Assembly (NCBI GenBank): GCA_030167865.1
Contig: JALAGF010004161.1
Location: 1 to 64,000 of the forward strand
DNA from: Craspedostauros australis
Lineage: Eukaryota
DNA length: 64,000 nt
Reading direction: 5' to 3'
The position numbers and the translations under genes were made by a program. The notes under the pieces were generated by a model. It searched no databases. It was not told the DNA's origin and saw only the letters and a program-made list of their open reading frames with translations. Position 1 is the first letter of the stretch. The number at the start of each line of letters is the position of its first letter. Shown here one piece after another: positions 33,401-45,573 of the stretch.

Positions 33401-33995
33401 AGCAATCCAATCGCCAGATGTACACGATACTGAAGCAAGGATAAGATCGACAAAAGTCGAGAGATGTTGGCCCTTTGCTGCAACCGGAAGCGAAGTGAAA
33501 TCCTGGAAATTCATTGCGGATAGTGTCATTTGAGAGTTATCTGGGGGACCGGAGTTGTCAGCGGAGAGGAGAACGGCGCTTGTCTGCGCCAGCCCCTACC
33601 GCGAGACATCTCGGTCACAGATTGGTGGCACTCTGACTGCTTCGCCTTGATCAGCACATAAAACGAGAGGTTGCGCCACCACACACGAAAGCCTGAGCAA
33701 GGCAACATAAAAAGACACACACAATATAATATAATACTATACAAGGATCAGACTGGTATACCTACACACAACCACAACTTGCAGATACAGAAACCCATCA
33801 TCAGACGAGTCAACAAGGTAGAGAGGAAGGAAGAGGCGCTGTACTCGTGGAGAGAGAGCAACAGCAACAACAACACCAACAACAGGATCAACGGGTGCTG
33901 GTCGCATCGACGACAAAGCTTTCAGAGTTGGTTCGCCTCGATACGGCATCTTTGCACCGCGACATTCCAAGACCAGAGAAGAGAAGAAAGCTTGG

Positions 33996-36386
33996 ATGAC
34001 AACCGTAAAATCCACGCCCGTCCACAGTCTCCAGCATCTGCACTCGCGATCGCTCTGCCAGTGGGATTGCAAACGCGGTTCCAGCGGCATCGCTTCCACG
34101 GTGGCGCGTGTTCGGCACATCATGAACATTGCACCAGGTAGGCAATCCCCCCACGATCCCTCGGTGGATGACGCCTCGCACAATAGTGACGATCAATGCA
34201 TGCGCAGTGAAGACAAAGACAGCAACAAACGAGCAGAATCGCCACAATCCTCATCTTCGGCTGCCAACAACACGGAGCAACGCTGCATGCTGCGTAACGA
34301 GATGATCGAACCATTCTCGAACAAGCAACTTGCCATTGCAAGCACTGTTCAACATCCTACGGCAAACACCGATGCAAACATCGATGTCATCTCACCCCCG
34401 GCCAAAAAGAGCCCAAGGTACGAAGGATCGTTCACGCAGACCAAACTTCAAGAGTCTTCGAACTTTCAGCACTCACCAGGTCATCGCAAACAATCCCAAT
34501 ACCCTACCAGTTCTGCGTTGTCGGTGGAAAGCATGACAGCACGGGAGATGCATGCGCTGACAAGCAAGGAACGGCAATCCGTGTACGAGGAGGTCCATGG
34601 GGTGCAGCAACTCGTGAAGGAAGACATGAGGATCGTGCAAGAGGCATTGGATCGGATGGAAACAGAGATCAATCTAATCCAGTCCAAGCCTGGATACGAA
34701 CAAGCCTTGTTCCTGAACCAACATTACGTGCAAGATCCCAGCTTCCGACTACGATTTTTACGGTCGGCCAGGATGGATGAGGCCGTCGCGGCCAAGTGCT
34801 TCGTGAATCACTTCGACTACAAGCGCAAACTGTTTGGTGACGAACATCTTGTCAAGGATGTCACATTCGAAGATCTTAATGCTGATGCGCAGGCCCCCTT
34901 GAAGTCGGGTTCCATCCAGATCCTCCCAACGCGAGATCAGTCTGGAAGACCCATCGTGTGCTTCTGTCCCAGACGCCAGCAATACAGAAACGCGATCGAT
35001 TTGGTGAGTACTGACATTCGTGTACCCGCGCATTCTGTCGCTGTTGAAGAGAAGAATCTCACTTGGGGGGTTTGCAAGATGCACTTTTCGCCAGGTTTGG
35101 CCAAGTTTCTGCAATGGCGTCTCATCATGGAGCGTCTTTCCAGAACAAAAGTTTCAAAAGGCTGCATTCGCCATTGCAAGAATGGGAAAAACTGCAGACC
35201 CGGCCAAGTCCGAACGACGGAGCTGATGCGAGAACGCTGTACGAAGTTTCTTGCACACCATGCTTGCAGCTGGTCTCATTGTCTATTATGGATGGATGCC
35301 CTTCTTCTCACTCTCAATGCAAGTATGCTCATGCATGTCTTTCGACTCGACCTTCAACCCCGCGATTCTTGCGATTCTTGCGCCTGGTATTCGCGGTAAC
35401 CGCTTGCTTGGTCACAAACTCCATCCCAAACAACACATCACAACGCAACGCAACGCAACGCAACGCAACGCAACGCAACATTCTGTGAACCTTCCGCCCG
35501 GGCAAACTCTGCTGGATGCAATACTATTTCTAACCGACAGGTACGCGCATGCCATTTTGTCCTCACGGCAGTCACCGAGGATCCGGAACTGCAGAAGCGC
35601 GGGATCGTTCTCATCATCCGGGCACATGGTCACGTGACCAATAGTAACCACCGGCCGATGTTCGATCCGGAGGTGCATGAGTGGGTAAAACACATGGCCA
35701 AGGCGCTTCCGGTCCGTATCTGTGCCACCCACTATTGCTTCGACGATGAGAAACTGAAGCAACCAATGGCAATGGTTCAGCTGGCCTTGGGAAGGCATGG
35801 GCGAATTCGATTTCGCGCGCATCGTGGATCGGCGGAGGAAACTCGCAGTAGCCTCGTGACGTATGGCATCGACCCGGCGCTCATCCCGACGGACGCCGGC
35901 GATGGCGACATCGATGATGATGACGATGGTGGTGTCAATGCCGCTCGCAACATCGAGCCAATCGAAAGCCGGAAGCATCAGAGACGGCTTCTTGGAACAG
36001 ACATGGCACGTGTGAGCAGCCCCGTCGATACGAATAGCCAGGTGATCGTGTGCCTCAATCCCAACGATGTGCTGTTCGGCAAGAGCAAGCCCTGCTTGGA
36101 GTTCGCCGGGAATCTTGCCATGGTGAAGCTCGTGCAAAAGAATTTTGATGCGCATCAGGGGTTCAAAGACCGCGCTAAAAAGGCGCAGATTACGCGACAA
36201 ATCGTTGCCGAGATCAAGGCTGCAGGTGGAAGATTCCTGAGGAGGACTGAGCATGACACGAATGGCTGGCTTCAGGTCTCCGACGAGGATGCAAGATCGA
36301 AAGTGAGCCACACCTTTCGCAACATCAAGCAATCAAGGTTGCGGGTTGGGGCGAAGCGCAAGAGCGACCTCGCCGATCAGCCATGA
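33996..36386 (+). CDS. Diatom-type protein with CRAL-TRIO-like domain and C-terminal DUF6824; exons 33996-35003 and 35541-36386
   Basis: ERQSVYEEVHGV..FRLRFLRS..LFG..QILPTRDQSGRPIV and the DUF6824 pattern PNDVLFGK..GN..GGRFL..W..VSDEDARSKVSHTFR. Phase-0 intron 35004-35540 (GTGAGT...CTAAC..CAG). Confidence 0.85.
35441..35479. repeat. (CAACG)n pentamer microsatellite within intron
   Basis: Direct reading. Confidence 0.9.
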
Positions 36387-37399
36387 TCAGCAGACTGATG
36401 GGCTTCTTGCGCTGCGAGTGCAAGTGTAAGTGCAAGTGCAAGTGTAAGTGTACGTGCGAGAGTCGTAGAATTGATCGGTTCCGGGAAGAACGGAGACGAA
36501 AGCAGAGCAATGGCATTATCGTCATCAATGTAGCTACGGGCAATAGATAGACCTCGACTACGATAAGGAGTGGCTCTCCACCACTGCACGTCGTCAATGA
36601 AAGTGTAAAGATGAGACAGGACACAGAGCTAAGACGTGCTCGGTCCAATAATGTGGTGGCGGGAAGCAGCAAACGGATGCGAGGAAAAACAGTTTTGTAA
36701 ACACATTGCTTCACCACACATAGATTATTTATTATGACCCAGGTCATGAGTCGATCAACCTTTGGTGGAGTCGGGTGGCACGTGCGCTTCGTTCTGTTGA
36801 ACTCGATGGAAACGTGGCACTCTGCTTCACAAAAGGTTGGTCGACTCGCTCACCCAGGTCATAAATACATGGCGTCATCAGTCATCAAACGGCGAGAGTG
36901 CGGCTGGAACGCCGTACTGGTAGTTGCAATTGATACAATACTACCAATGCTCTACTCTACGAAATGTACTCCACGCACGTATGTACAGTAATATAATATA
37001 ATAGTACAGTACAACGTGTGTCCCTCAGGGTATGAGCTACTCGTTGGCAACCTTTGCGTGGCGGAGCTTTGGATCTTTCGCATCACGGGGTAACTCATCT
37101 CATCAGGAGCCCAAACATCCCATCGACTCAAGAAAATGATGCCGAGCACGTATCTGCGTCATCAATGATCGTGCCGATGCTCTTTCGAAGGGGGTTTGTG
37201 TGCGACTGCCTCGCGAAACTCATTTGAGCTTGGAGTTCGCAGACATGAAATCGGAGATTGCGTTTCGCGCTGTCACTTTTCGAATCCTTCGCTCTTGTTC
37301 CACCATATGTACGTTATTGGGAGGCTTGCGGTATAACAGCAAGATGTGTGGTGCGCAATATCTGTGAAGCGCATTGATTTTTCAGTGCTTCGCTTACCT

Positions 37400-38638
37400 T
37401 CAAGTTCTTCTGCACAGACTCAGCCCTTCGGTTGGATGATCTACATTCCCATGCGCAGCAGCGCCCTCTGCGGAGACCAAATCGGCACCCCAGTCGAATC
37501 GATTGAGAACGGCGGGGGCTTCGAACAAAATATCCTCCTCACGAGCGAGTCGGAAATCGCGCCCCTTCGATTTGCCGCTATGGTGCTCGCCTCGTTCTTT
37601 CCAGTGAGCCGCCAACGTCCGTTGCTTCTTCGGGGTCAGGTAGAGCGTGTACAGGTGATCGTTGTGCGTGCAGAAGTAAATGAAGAGCTGCGTCCACATC
37701 GATGCCTTGTTCTTGATCTTTTCGTACCAGCCAGACGTGATCAATGATGGTGTCGCGACGGATGTGTTAGTCTCGATGGCACAGTTCGCGAATTCCACAA
37801 ACTGTTTCCACGGCCCTGCCAATGGAGCGAAACCTATCGACGCCACCATCTTGTACAGGAACGGACGATGCCGATTCATTGGGACCTTGTTGACGCCGCG
37901 CCGCTCCAATGACGGCACCAGCCATTGCCGTTGCAATGCTATCCCCGCCACGTCGGATCTATTGCCGTATGCACCGTACATGATTTGCAGCCATGTGTAC
38001 CAGTGCGGCGAGACCTCGACGTCATCTTCAAATATGATGGCCCGTTCTGCCTCATGGGATGGCTGCCATGCATCAAGCCATGAACGGCGCAGACCGACAT
38101 TGGCGGGGTAGACGAACACCTCGAATCTTCCCTTCGTCCAGTTCGAGTACGAAGGTCCTGCAGTGGACAGCATTCCCGTTGGCATCATATCTCCCTGCGC
38201 TGCTGTCGGTGCTGCGGCATCGGCCAAAAGTTGGCCAACCTGGTCTCTCCATTCCGCCGTCTCATTTTTGGGGCGATCGACGCGAATGACGAGATCGATT
38301 CGATGATGAGGTGGATAATGCGATGCGCGAAGCGATTCCACCAACCGCCGCAAACTCGACCATCGGTTCATTGTGAGAATGATGATCTTCAAATCAGCAT
38401 CCAAAGTTGGAACATCTGGAGATGCCCCCTCCGTCGCAGATAATCGATCTTCTCTCGCAACAGTGCCGACTCCAACATCACGAACAAAATCCTGTGATGT
38501 TGCGCCTGGGCCTGCTTGTCGGACTGCCTCATCGGCCCTCTTCATGAGCCATGCTACGTTGAGCAAAACCAGCACGAGCAGGAATCCAAGCACCTGTGTC
38601 CCGCGGCGCTTAGTGCTGCAACGGGTAGCCTTGCTCAT
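37400..38638 (-). CDS. GT-A fold (GT2-like) type II membrane glycosyltransferase
   Basis: Short basic tail and TM; KIIILTMNRWSSLRRLVESL, GLRRSWLDAW, DxD-type motif IIFEDDVEVSPHWY. Confidence 0.8.
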   Translation of the reverse strand: MSKATRCSTKRRGTQVLGFLLVLVLLNVAWLMKRADEAVRQAGPGATSQDFVRDVGVGTVAREDRLSATEGASPDVPTLDADLKIIILTMNRWSSLRRLVESLRASHYPPHHRIDLVIRVDRPKNETAEWRDQVGQLLADAAAPTAAQGDMMPTGMLSTAGPSYSNWTKGRFEVFVYPANVGLRRSWLDAWQPSHEAERAIIFEDDVEVSPHWYTWLQIMYGAYGNRSDVAGIALQRQWLVPSLERRGVNKVPMNRHRPFLYKMVASIGFAPLAGPWKQFVEFANCAIETNTSVATPSLITSGWYEKIKNKASMWTQLFIYFCTHNDHLYTLYLTPKKQRTLAAHWKERGEHHSGKSKGRDFRLAREEDILFEAPAVLNRFDWGADLVSAEGAAAHGNVDHPTEGLSLCRRT

Positions 38639-39319
38639 GGGCTGGCTGGCTGGCGAGCTGGCTGATTGGATAGCAAATGCAGCTCAATGAGATGAAGCCT
38701 TCGCAAGTTGGTCAGATTGGTGTTATACAATCCAACACAGCGCAACGCAGCCCGGCACATCGTCGCCTGGGGTGGCGTCACAGTTTCTTTGGTTGCTCGA
38801 TGCGTTCTGCTTCAGAGTGGGTCTTTGCGGTTCATGAAGTGCCTCTCCTATTGCAAGACTCCTCTCTCTCTCTCTCTCTCTCTGTGTGTCTTTGTCTCTT
38901 TCGTTCCTTCCATCTCCATCACGGATACGATCTGCGCGAACGAAGCAAGGAACGACGCGAGACGACTTGATGTCTTTTTCCGTGTTTGGCGCCAAAATCA
39001 GAGTCATTGTGGTTGTTTCCGACTGATTCGATTCAGCTCTGTGGATGTGTGATTTCCTAGCTACGAGTATGAACATAGACTGACGATGCTGTATCGACAA
39101 GCTACTCCACACAACCTTGGTGCAACCTCAACCACAGACCGACACGTCCAGAAACATATCCACTCCTGATTATCAGAACAAGATGTTTCAAAATGATTTG
39201 AAATAGTACGCGTAATACACATATGTATTATATTATCAACACGTATTTGTTGCGGAGCAACATGCGTTCCCAATCCCTCCGTGCGAAGCAAAACAAGTAG
39301 TGCTCTATCACGCTCAACA

Positions 39320-41311
39320 TCATTGGAAGAATGAACCCATCAGCAGTGACATTGAGCAACACAGAAGCATTGAAAATGTCCCCATCATTTTCCAAGAAAG
39401 AGATGATGACGACGACGATGGCGTCGATGGCGCCTCATTCGTCGGTTTGCCCTTGTCGGTTGGTTCGGTGTCATCTTGGCTCGACTCGAGGGCTGGCTTG
39501 TCCTCCTCTTTGTTCGGAATCCGAGGCGGATCCTCTTCCTTTGGTGGAGTGGGATCCTCGGGCAGACCACCCACGTTGAATTCCATGATGGTGCCTGATT
39601 TGGAAAAGTTCCCGATGAAGACCCCCGTCGCCTCAATCACCCCATTTTGGTAGCTGTCCGTGTTGGGATACCTGACGGTCTTCTGATTCGTCTGCTTTCC
39701 TGGACCAAGGTCTCTGCCCTCCATCCAGAAGTCACCGGCGTCGCCGTTATTCACAGCCCTTTCGAGATCGTAGTTGCCATCCGCCTGCAGCAAAGCGACT
39801 CGATAGTGATGTCCGTTGCTCGGCCACGACAATGCGGACGCACCCGTGGCATTTGCTGCCAACGACAAACCAGGAAACCCACGCATGCCATTCCTGCGGA
39901 TGTCTGGCATCGAATCGTCGATGTGCCAAATGAGGATGCCGCCCGATCGCTGCATCCCCACGTCGAACAGGATCGGCTGTCGGTTCTCGATCAGAAGGTA
40001 CTCGCCTTCCGGGTACCCATGCGTAACCTTGAAGACCTGATCAGATGATGCGGCCGCATGGACCGCATAGGCGCCGCTGTATTGGATGACTTGCGGCTCC
40101 AGCCAACCGAGCCTGGCCTTCGACCAGGCCGAGAGGAAACCTGGATACGATGGATTCATTGAGGCACCGAATGGATTCGACATGATGTCGTACGAACCGG
40201 CACCGCCGACAGCACCGGACAAGGTGTCCAAAGGCCCGTCGGCGTCAAAGAGATCAGGCAATCCCATGGTGTGGAGGAGCTCGTGAGCGAGAAGACCGAT
40301 CTTGGCCATGTTGTTGCCGCAGGCACCATCGTACGCCGAGGAAACGGTGAAGGTTCCGAGCCGATAGTTGCTGTCAGACGACTTCCATGCCTGCCTCTCC
40401 GAAAGTTGGAGTGAGTGGGACCATATTCGATCCCTGGCCTGATCGGGTGGCACGCAGCTGGGTGAACCGAACTCCGCACCATGCCCGGAATGGAGCAGCA
40501 CCACGGAGTCCAGCACGCCATCGCCATCTTGGTCAAACTCCGTCCAATCGAAGCCGTTGGTGTCCATCTCGTTCAGAATCGGCAGGATGGCGTCGCCCAT
40601 TCGATTGCTCTGCGTACTTTCCGAGAATTTCAGCTGCGATCGTGGCAGTCCGTGCACCTCGTTGGCAAAGAAGGTTTCTGGCATGTGAGACGTCTTCCAG
40701 GGAATGACCGTGGCCTCCATGTGCAACTTGCCGTACGAATTGATCCGCATGAAGCTCGCCAACGATCCTGATGGGACCAACGTGCTCCTCATTTCGGCAT
40801 TGAATAACTTGTTGAGGTCTTCAGTTGAGATCAAGGCTTTCGCTGACGCGGCAGCCTGCTGCGTACTTGACGCTCTCGCCGTTGCTGTGTCGTCTGATGC
40901 CCAATCCACCAACAGAACCAGCACCTTGAGATTCCCTGATTGCTGCACGAGTTTCTTCGTCTTGTCGGCCTGCGCCAACATCTGGCCATCCAGCTGCCTG
41001 CAATCCTCATCTGACAGATGTAGGCAGACGCTGGGGTGGACGAACGATGGCCCGAAATCCTTCGACGTGCTCTTCATCTCGGCGTCCTCGAGGAGTCGAG
41101 TCATGGTCCCCTGCGGCGTGATCTCCATCGCCACTTCATCCTGGTGTACCGTATTGCCACCGCCTGTTTCAAACAGGGCGCGCGCAGGGATGATGCCTTG
41201 CACCTCCACTGCGCCGATGACGAAGACGGCCAGTAGCAGCAGCAGACCGGTGTGCGTCCAGCTCGAAACCGTCGCTCCAACGGGTGATGTCGCCATCGTC
41301 GTTGTTGCCAT
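39320..41311 (-). CDS. Secreted M6 family (immune inhibitor A-like) metalloprotease
   Basis: Signal peptide; LKVLVLLVDW, FDQDGDGVLD, HSGHGAEFG, IWSH, zinc motif HELLHTMGLPDLFD, YDIMS, EYLLIENRQ; hydrophobic C-terminal tail. Confidence 0.9.
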   Translation of the reverse strand: MATTTMATSPVGATVSSWTHTGLLLLLAVFVIGAVEVQGIIPARALFETGGGNTVHQDEVAMEITPQGTMTRLLEDAEMKSTSKDFGPSFVHPSVCLHLSDEDCRQLDGQMLAQADKTKKLVQQSGNLKVLVLLVDWASDDTATARASSTQQAAASAKALISTEDLNKLFNAEMRSTLVPSGSLASFMRINSYGKLHMEATVIPWKTSHMPETFFANEVHGLPRSQLKFSESTQSNRMGDAILPILNEMDTNGFDWTEFDQDGDGVLDSVVLLHSGHGAEFGSPSCVPPDQARDRIWSHSLQLSERQAWKSSDSNYRLGTFTVSSAYDGACGNNMAKIGLLAHELLHTMGLPDLFDADGPLDTLSGAVGGAGSYDIMSNPFGASMNPSYPGFLSAWSKARLGWLEPQVIQYSGAYAVHAAASSDQVFKVTHGYPEGEYLLIENRQPILFDVGMQRSGGILIWHIDDSMPDIRRNGMRGFPGLSLAANATGASALSWPSNGHHYRVALLQADGNYDLERAVNNGDAGDFWMEGRDLGPGKQTNQKTVRYPNTDSYQNGVIEATGVFIGNFSKSGTIMEFNVGGLPEDPTPPKEEDPPRIPNKEEDKPALESSQDDTEPTDKGKPTNEAPSTPSSSSSSLSWKMMGTFSMLLCCSMSLLMGSFFQ

Positions 41312-41959
41312 GATCTTGACTCGGTTCTGTGAACTTCTTTGCCGTGGCCTGTCTGAGCGTGAAAGTCTTGGCGTCAATGACACACTGTGTGTATGCTTCG
41401 GTATTTGTCGGGTGTGCAGGAGCAGCAACGAGTGCCCAGATCAGTAGGGACAGAGCAGTGGTCTCGTCCACTTGATGGGAGGATGTGGTGCAGAGATGCG
41501 TTGTACAGAGAGTAGAGTGCAGTCGTTGAGACCAGAGTAACGCGACACCCAAGCAACATGCACCCACTCCGCATCATCAGTGACACACGAGAGATGGTGA
41601 CAACCAACGTCCCCACTCTCTTGATTGGGTTTGGTTTGGGTTGGATTGGTTTGGATTGGAACTTTTTTGTTTTCGTGAGTTTGCGCATCCGACCCAACGC
41701 ATATGAAGCGTTATTACGGTTATAGTTAAATATCGCGAACCAATCGAATACAGGCAGACTGAAATGAAGCCGGGGGTGAAGGTTAGACTAAATTAATGAT
41801 GTATTAAAAACGGATTGCGGACACACTGAAATGGACCAGATATCTCAGCAGTCAATCAAACCCATCACAAACCGAAACACACCTTGTTCCACACATCGAA
41901 CTGGACAAGGCCGAGCACCAGGCATCGAGCATTGAGCATCGACGGGGGCAGTGCTACCA

Positions 41960-44277
41960 ATGTTGGCGATGACGGCGATGACGGCGACAACTGCAAGAGC
42001 GGTGACGAATGCAGTGTCAAAGATGATGGCTACGAGTAGGTTGGGAGTTGGAAGATCTCGCCGCTGTTCGAGGCTTCTCGACAATGCCTTCGTGTCTGCG
42101 ATACGGTGAGTCGATGCTCTGAGACGAGTATGTTGATGGAAGATGAATGGAGCCATCTCATGCATACTGTCACAGTCATGTGCGCAGAACTGTGCAATGC
42201 TGCTCTGGGTAGTATGCCATCGCCTGTGTGTGATACTGACACGACATGCTCCCAATGCCAACATGCATTCTCATGAATCGGCGCAACAAACTTGACTACC
42301 ACGCGTACAATTCACGCTTCGGACAGGACTTGGGCACCTCCAACACAGCTGCAGATATCACCATTTTCATCGTTTGGCATTCGCGGTGACAACCAGATCT
42401 GTAAGCCATGCACTGGGCTGGAGCAACTTCAGAAATGGAAGCAAACAAATGCGTTTGGGTCAGTGGCTTGGTATTCATCGAGCAGGCCAACGCAACTATC
42501 TCAGCGGCAGCAACGGCGGCAGACCTCCAGAGACGAGCTCGTTGTGTCCATCTTGGGACCACCGAACGCAGGCAAATCAACGCTGTTCAACCGACTGCAG
42601 TGCAAGCAGCGCAACAAGACGTACAGGCTGGGTTCTGAAAGCAGCTCGAAGCATCTGAAGAAAGGCAAGGGCCGGGTGGGATCGAATCACCGTGCGACCG
42701 GCGGCGCCCTGGTTTCGTCCATTGCGGGTACGACGCGCGATCGGCGTCAGATGTGGGGCAGGATCGGCGGGACCACATTCTCCATGATGGACACGGCGGG
42801 AGTCGATGGCGATCGAATCGGCCTGCTGTTCGCGGGCAAGAAGAAGCAGGCGAAGAATCCCGTGGAGCTGGCGATGATCCAGCAAACGCTGGAGGCGACG
42901 AAGCAGTGCGACATCGTGTTCCTGATGTTCGATGCCAAGGTGGGCGTGACGCAGGACTTGGAAGAAACGGCCAGGTGGTTGCGCAAGCTGCCGAACCGAC
43001 CCGAGGTGGCGGTGCTGGCAAACAAGCTGGAAGGGGACCGGTGGTCTTACGAAGGGTCGCCCGTGCTGGACCATCTCGACGAGGCGTTGCGGTTGGGATT
43101 CGGCGAAGCTGTCGTGATCTCCGCAGAACATGGCGAAGGCATGGCAGATATTGCGATCATCTTGGAGCAGCTGATGGACAAGCGACGGCATGAGATCGAT
43201 CTCGCCATATCCAAAATCAACGAGAGCGCTGAGGAGGATGGGTACGATAGCACCAATGCCGATGAAGATGAACATGTAGATGAAGGCGAAGATGACGAGA
43301 TGGACAAACCTTTGCAGCTCGCCATATTGGGGCGGCAGAATGTTGGCAAGTCCACCCTTGTCAACGAGATCCTGCAGAAGCAGCGCGTGATCACGGGCGA
43401 CACGCCTGGCTTGACTCGAGACGCCATCACCATCCCATGGGAATGGAACGGACGTCCCGTCCAGATCGTGGACACGGCTGGAATTCGGAAGATGTCCCAC
43501 CGCTTCGATGATACGATCGAGAACATGTCCGTCGCCGATGCTCTGCGGGCGATGAAGCTGGCGGACGTCGGCGTCCTGGTGCTTGATGCCGGCGAGCTGT
43601 ACCTGCAGAGGCAGGAGCTGGCGATCGCGGATGCGATCATCCAGGAAGGCCGGGCGTTGGTGGTCGCAGCCAACAAGATGGACCTGCTGGAGATGGACGG
43701 TGCGGAGTACACTCCCGAAGCGTTCGCAACCGCGGTGCAAGAGCAGCTGGAACAACGCATCCCGATGCTGCGCCAGACACCCATCGTCCCCATGAGCTGC
43801 CTCACGGGCGAGAATGTGAAGGGCCTCATGCCGGTGGTGTTCCGTGCGCGCGATCGATGGGCCCGCAAAGTATCGACCGGAACGCTGAACGGGTGGTTGA
43901 AGGAAGTGCTGAATGGCGCGCCGTCTCCCGTGGTTTCTGGCGTCACAAGCAAGATCAAGTACATCATCCAGACGAAGGGTCGCCCGCCAACTTTCCTGCT
44001 GTTCTGCAACGTGAGCGAGCTTCCCGAAACGTACCTGCGCTACCTCACGAGGAACTTCCAGGAGACGTTCGGAATGTACGGCATGCAGGTGAGGCTGGTG
44101 GTGAAGAAGAGCGCCGAAAACCCATTCGCGAGCAGAAACGCATACGGCAGGCTGATGAACCGCAAAGGATCAGGCGTTGGTGGCAAGAAGTCGCGCAAGC
44201 AACGCACCATCAACCTGCTCAAGACCACGGGAACTAACAAGATGCAACGCAGGAAGAAACGCAGACACAGGCGATGA
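41960..44277 (+). CDS. der: Double GTPase Der/EngA, probably mitochondrial; exons 41960-42105 and 42327-44277
   Basis: Two G-domains (GPPNAGKST/GTTRD/DTAG/NKLE and GRQNVGKST/GLTRD/DTAG/NKMD) plus a KH-like C-terminal domain. An upstream Arg/Ser/Ala-rich exon joins in frame through intron 42106-42326 (GTGAGT...GACAG). Confidence 0.92.
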
Positions 44278-44817
44278 TCCTCAGTTCTTCCATTCCATTC
44301 CATAATGTAATAAAATACTATGGAATACTATACACTATTGGCATAGTGTTTATGTATTGCATTCAAGCAGCAGCAGCAGCACAGAGGAGAGTGTACGAGC
44401 AACTCGGCAGAACAGCGGCATGTCGTTGCGTTTCCTTTGCAGATCCTCGCGCCAAAACGTGACCACCTGATTGGATGGGTATGCACGATTCAAGTGGAGC
44501 CAACGAGAACGTGCACGTTTGGCGCACGTCAACGTTTGGAGGAATGGGAACATGGTGTGATTTGATGTGTGGGCGTCAGCAACAGCAACAGCAACAGCAC
44601 CAACAAAGATGATGTGGGCAGGCAGGAGCAACGACACTTCGGAAAGAGGCCCATGTGGGATACACCACGAGTATAGTGGAACGAAGGGCAGGGCAGATCA
44701 ACTGACAAGCAGGGTGCGCATTCGTCGCAGCAGGTGCACTCTCCGCAGATTGCAACCATCGATACCAACACTTGATCTTTGTGGCAGCGCACGCTTGCGT
44801 CCCGCTCAAGATCGTCC

Positions 44818-45573
44818 ATGCTGCGTTGCTCGCTGTTTTGGTTGAGCCTTCTGGCCTTGGTATTCGCAAACGGGGCCTTTGATCCTCAGACTCCGCCACC
44901 ACCAGCAATCACACCACCATCGCAAGGCTCCGCCAAGATGAAGATCCAGGCCATCGTGCAGATCGCCGTCACCGTGGATGGCTTGATCGCGGAACCCGAC
45001 GGAGGTGTGGGATTTCTCGATATGTATCCAGCCTGCGAGGGCGACAACTTTGATTTTTCCGGATTCCTGGATTCCATCGATGTGATCATCATGGGACGCA
45101 ATACGTTCGACATGGTCGTGTCGTTCGGCGAGGATATGTACGCGTACCGTGACATCAAGATGGTGGTCTGCAGCCGAGATCCATCGCGCGTCGTCATCCC
45201 CGAGTTCTTGCGCAAGACCGTGTCGGCCAGTTGCGAGACGCCGAGGAAGATGCTGCAGAGACTGGAAGATGATGGATTCCGTCGCGCCTACGTCGATGGC
45301 GGCATCACGATCCAGAGATTCCTACGAGAGGATTGCATCCATCGTCTCATTCTGACACGTGTGCCGTTGCTGTTGGGTGCTGGCATCCCTCTCTTTGCCA
45401 ATGGCAGTGTGGTGGCCGGCAACGACAGCGGCGACGGTAATGATCGCGGCAACGGAAGCGGCAGCGACAAGGATGGTAACACTGTTTCTGTTGATCCCAC
45501 GAAGTTGGATCACATCGAGACGAAGACGTACCAGAATGGCTTGGTCACCACAACTTACGATGTCAAGCCATGA
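44818..45573 (+). CDS. Bacterial-type dihydrofolate reductase-like (RibD_C domain) protein with N-terminal signal peptide
   Basis: IAVTVDGLIA..DGG, IMGRNTFD, YVDGG..IQRFL, TRVPLLLGAGIPLF, YQNGLV. Alternative start at 44938 (MKIQ). Confidence 0.85.
   Translation: MLRCSLFWLSLLALVFANGAFDPQTPPPPAITPPSQGSAKMKIQAIVQIAVTVDGLIAEPDGGVGFLDMYPACEGDNFDFSGFLDSIDVIIMGRNTFDMVVSFGEDMYAYRDIKMVVCSRDPSRVVIPEFLRKTVSASCETPRKMLQRLEDDGFRRAYVDGGITIQRFLREDCIHRLILTRVPLLLGAGIPLFANGSVVAGNDSGDGNDRGNGSGSDKDGNTVSVDPTKLDHIETKTYQNGLVTTTYDVKP

Noticed and set aside
36416-36460. (AAGTGY)n hexamer run downstream of the DUF6824 gene
   Set aside because: Simple 3'-UTR microsatellite.
42577-44009. Long antisense ORFs (392 and 320 aa) over der, and similar ones over other GC3-rich genes (e.g. 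35412-36332, 62696-63562)
   Set aside because: Shadow ORFs caused by high GC3 codon bias on the sense strand; no recognisable motifs.
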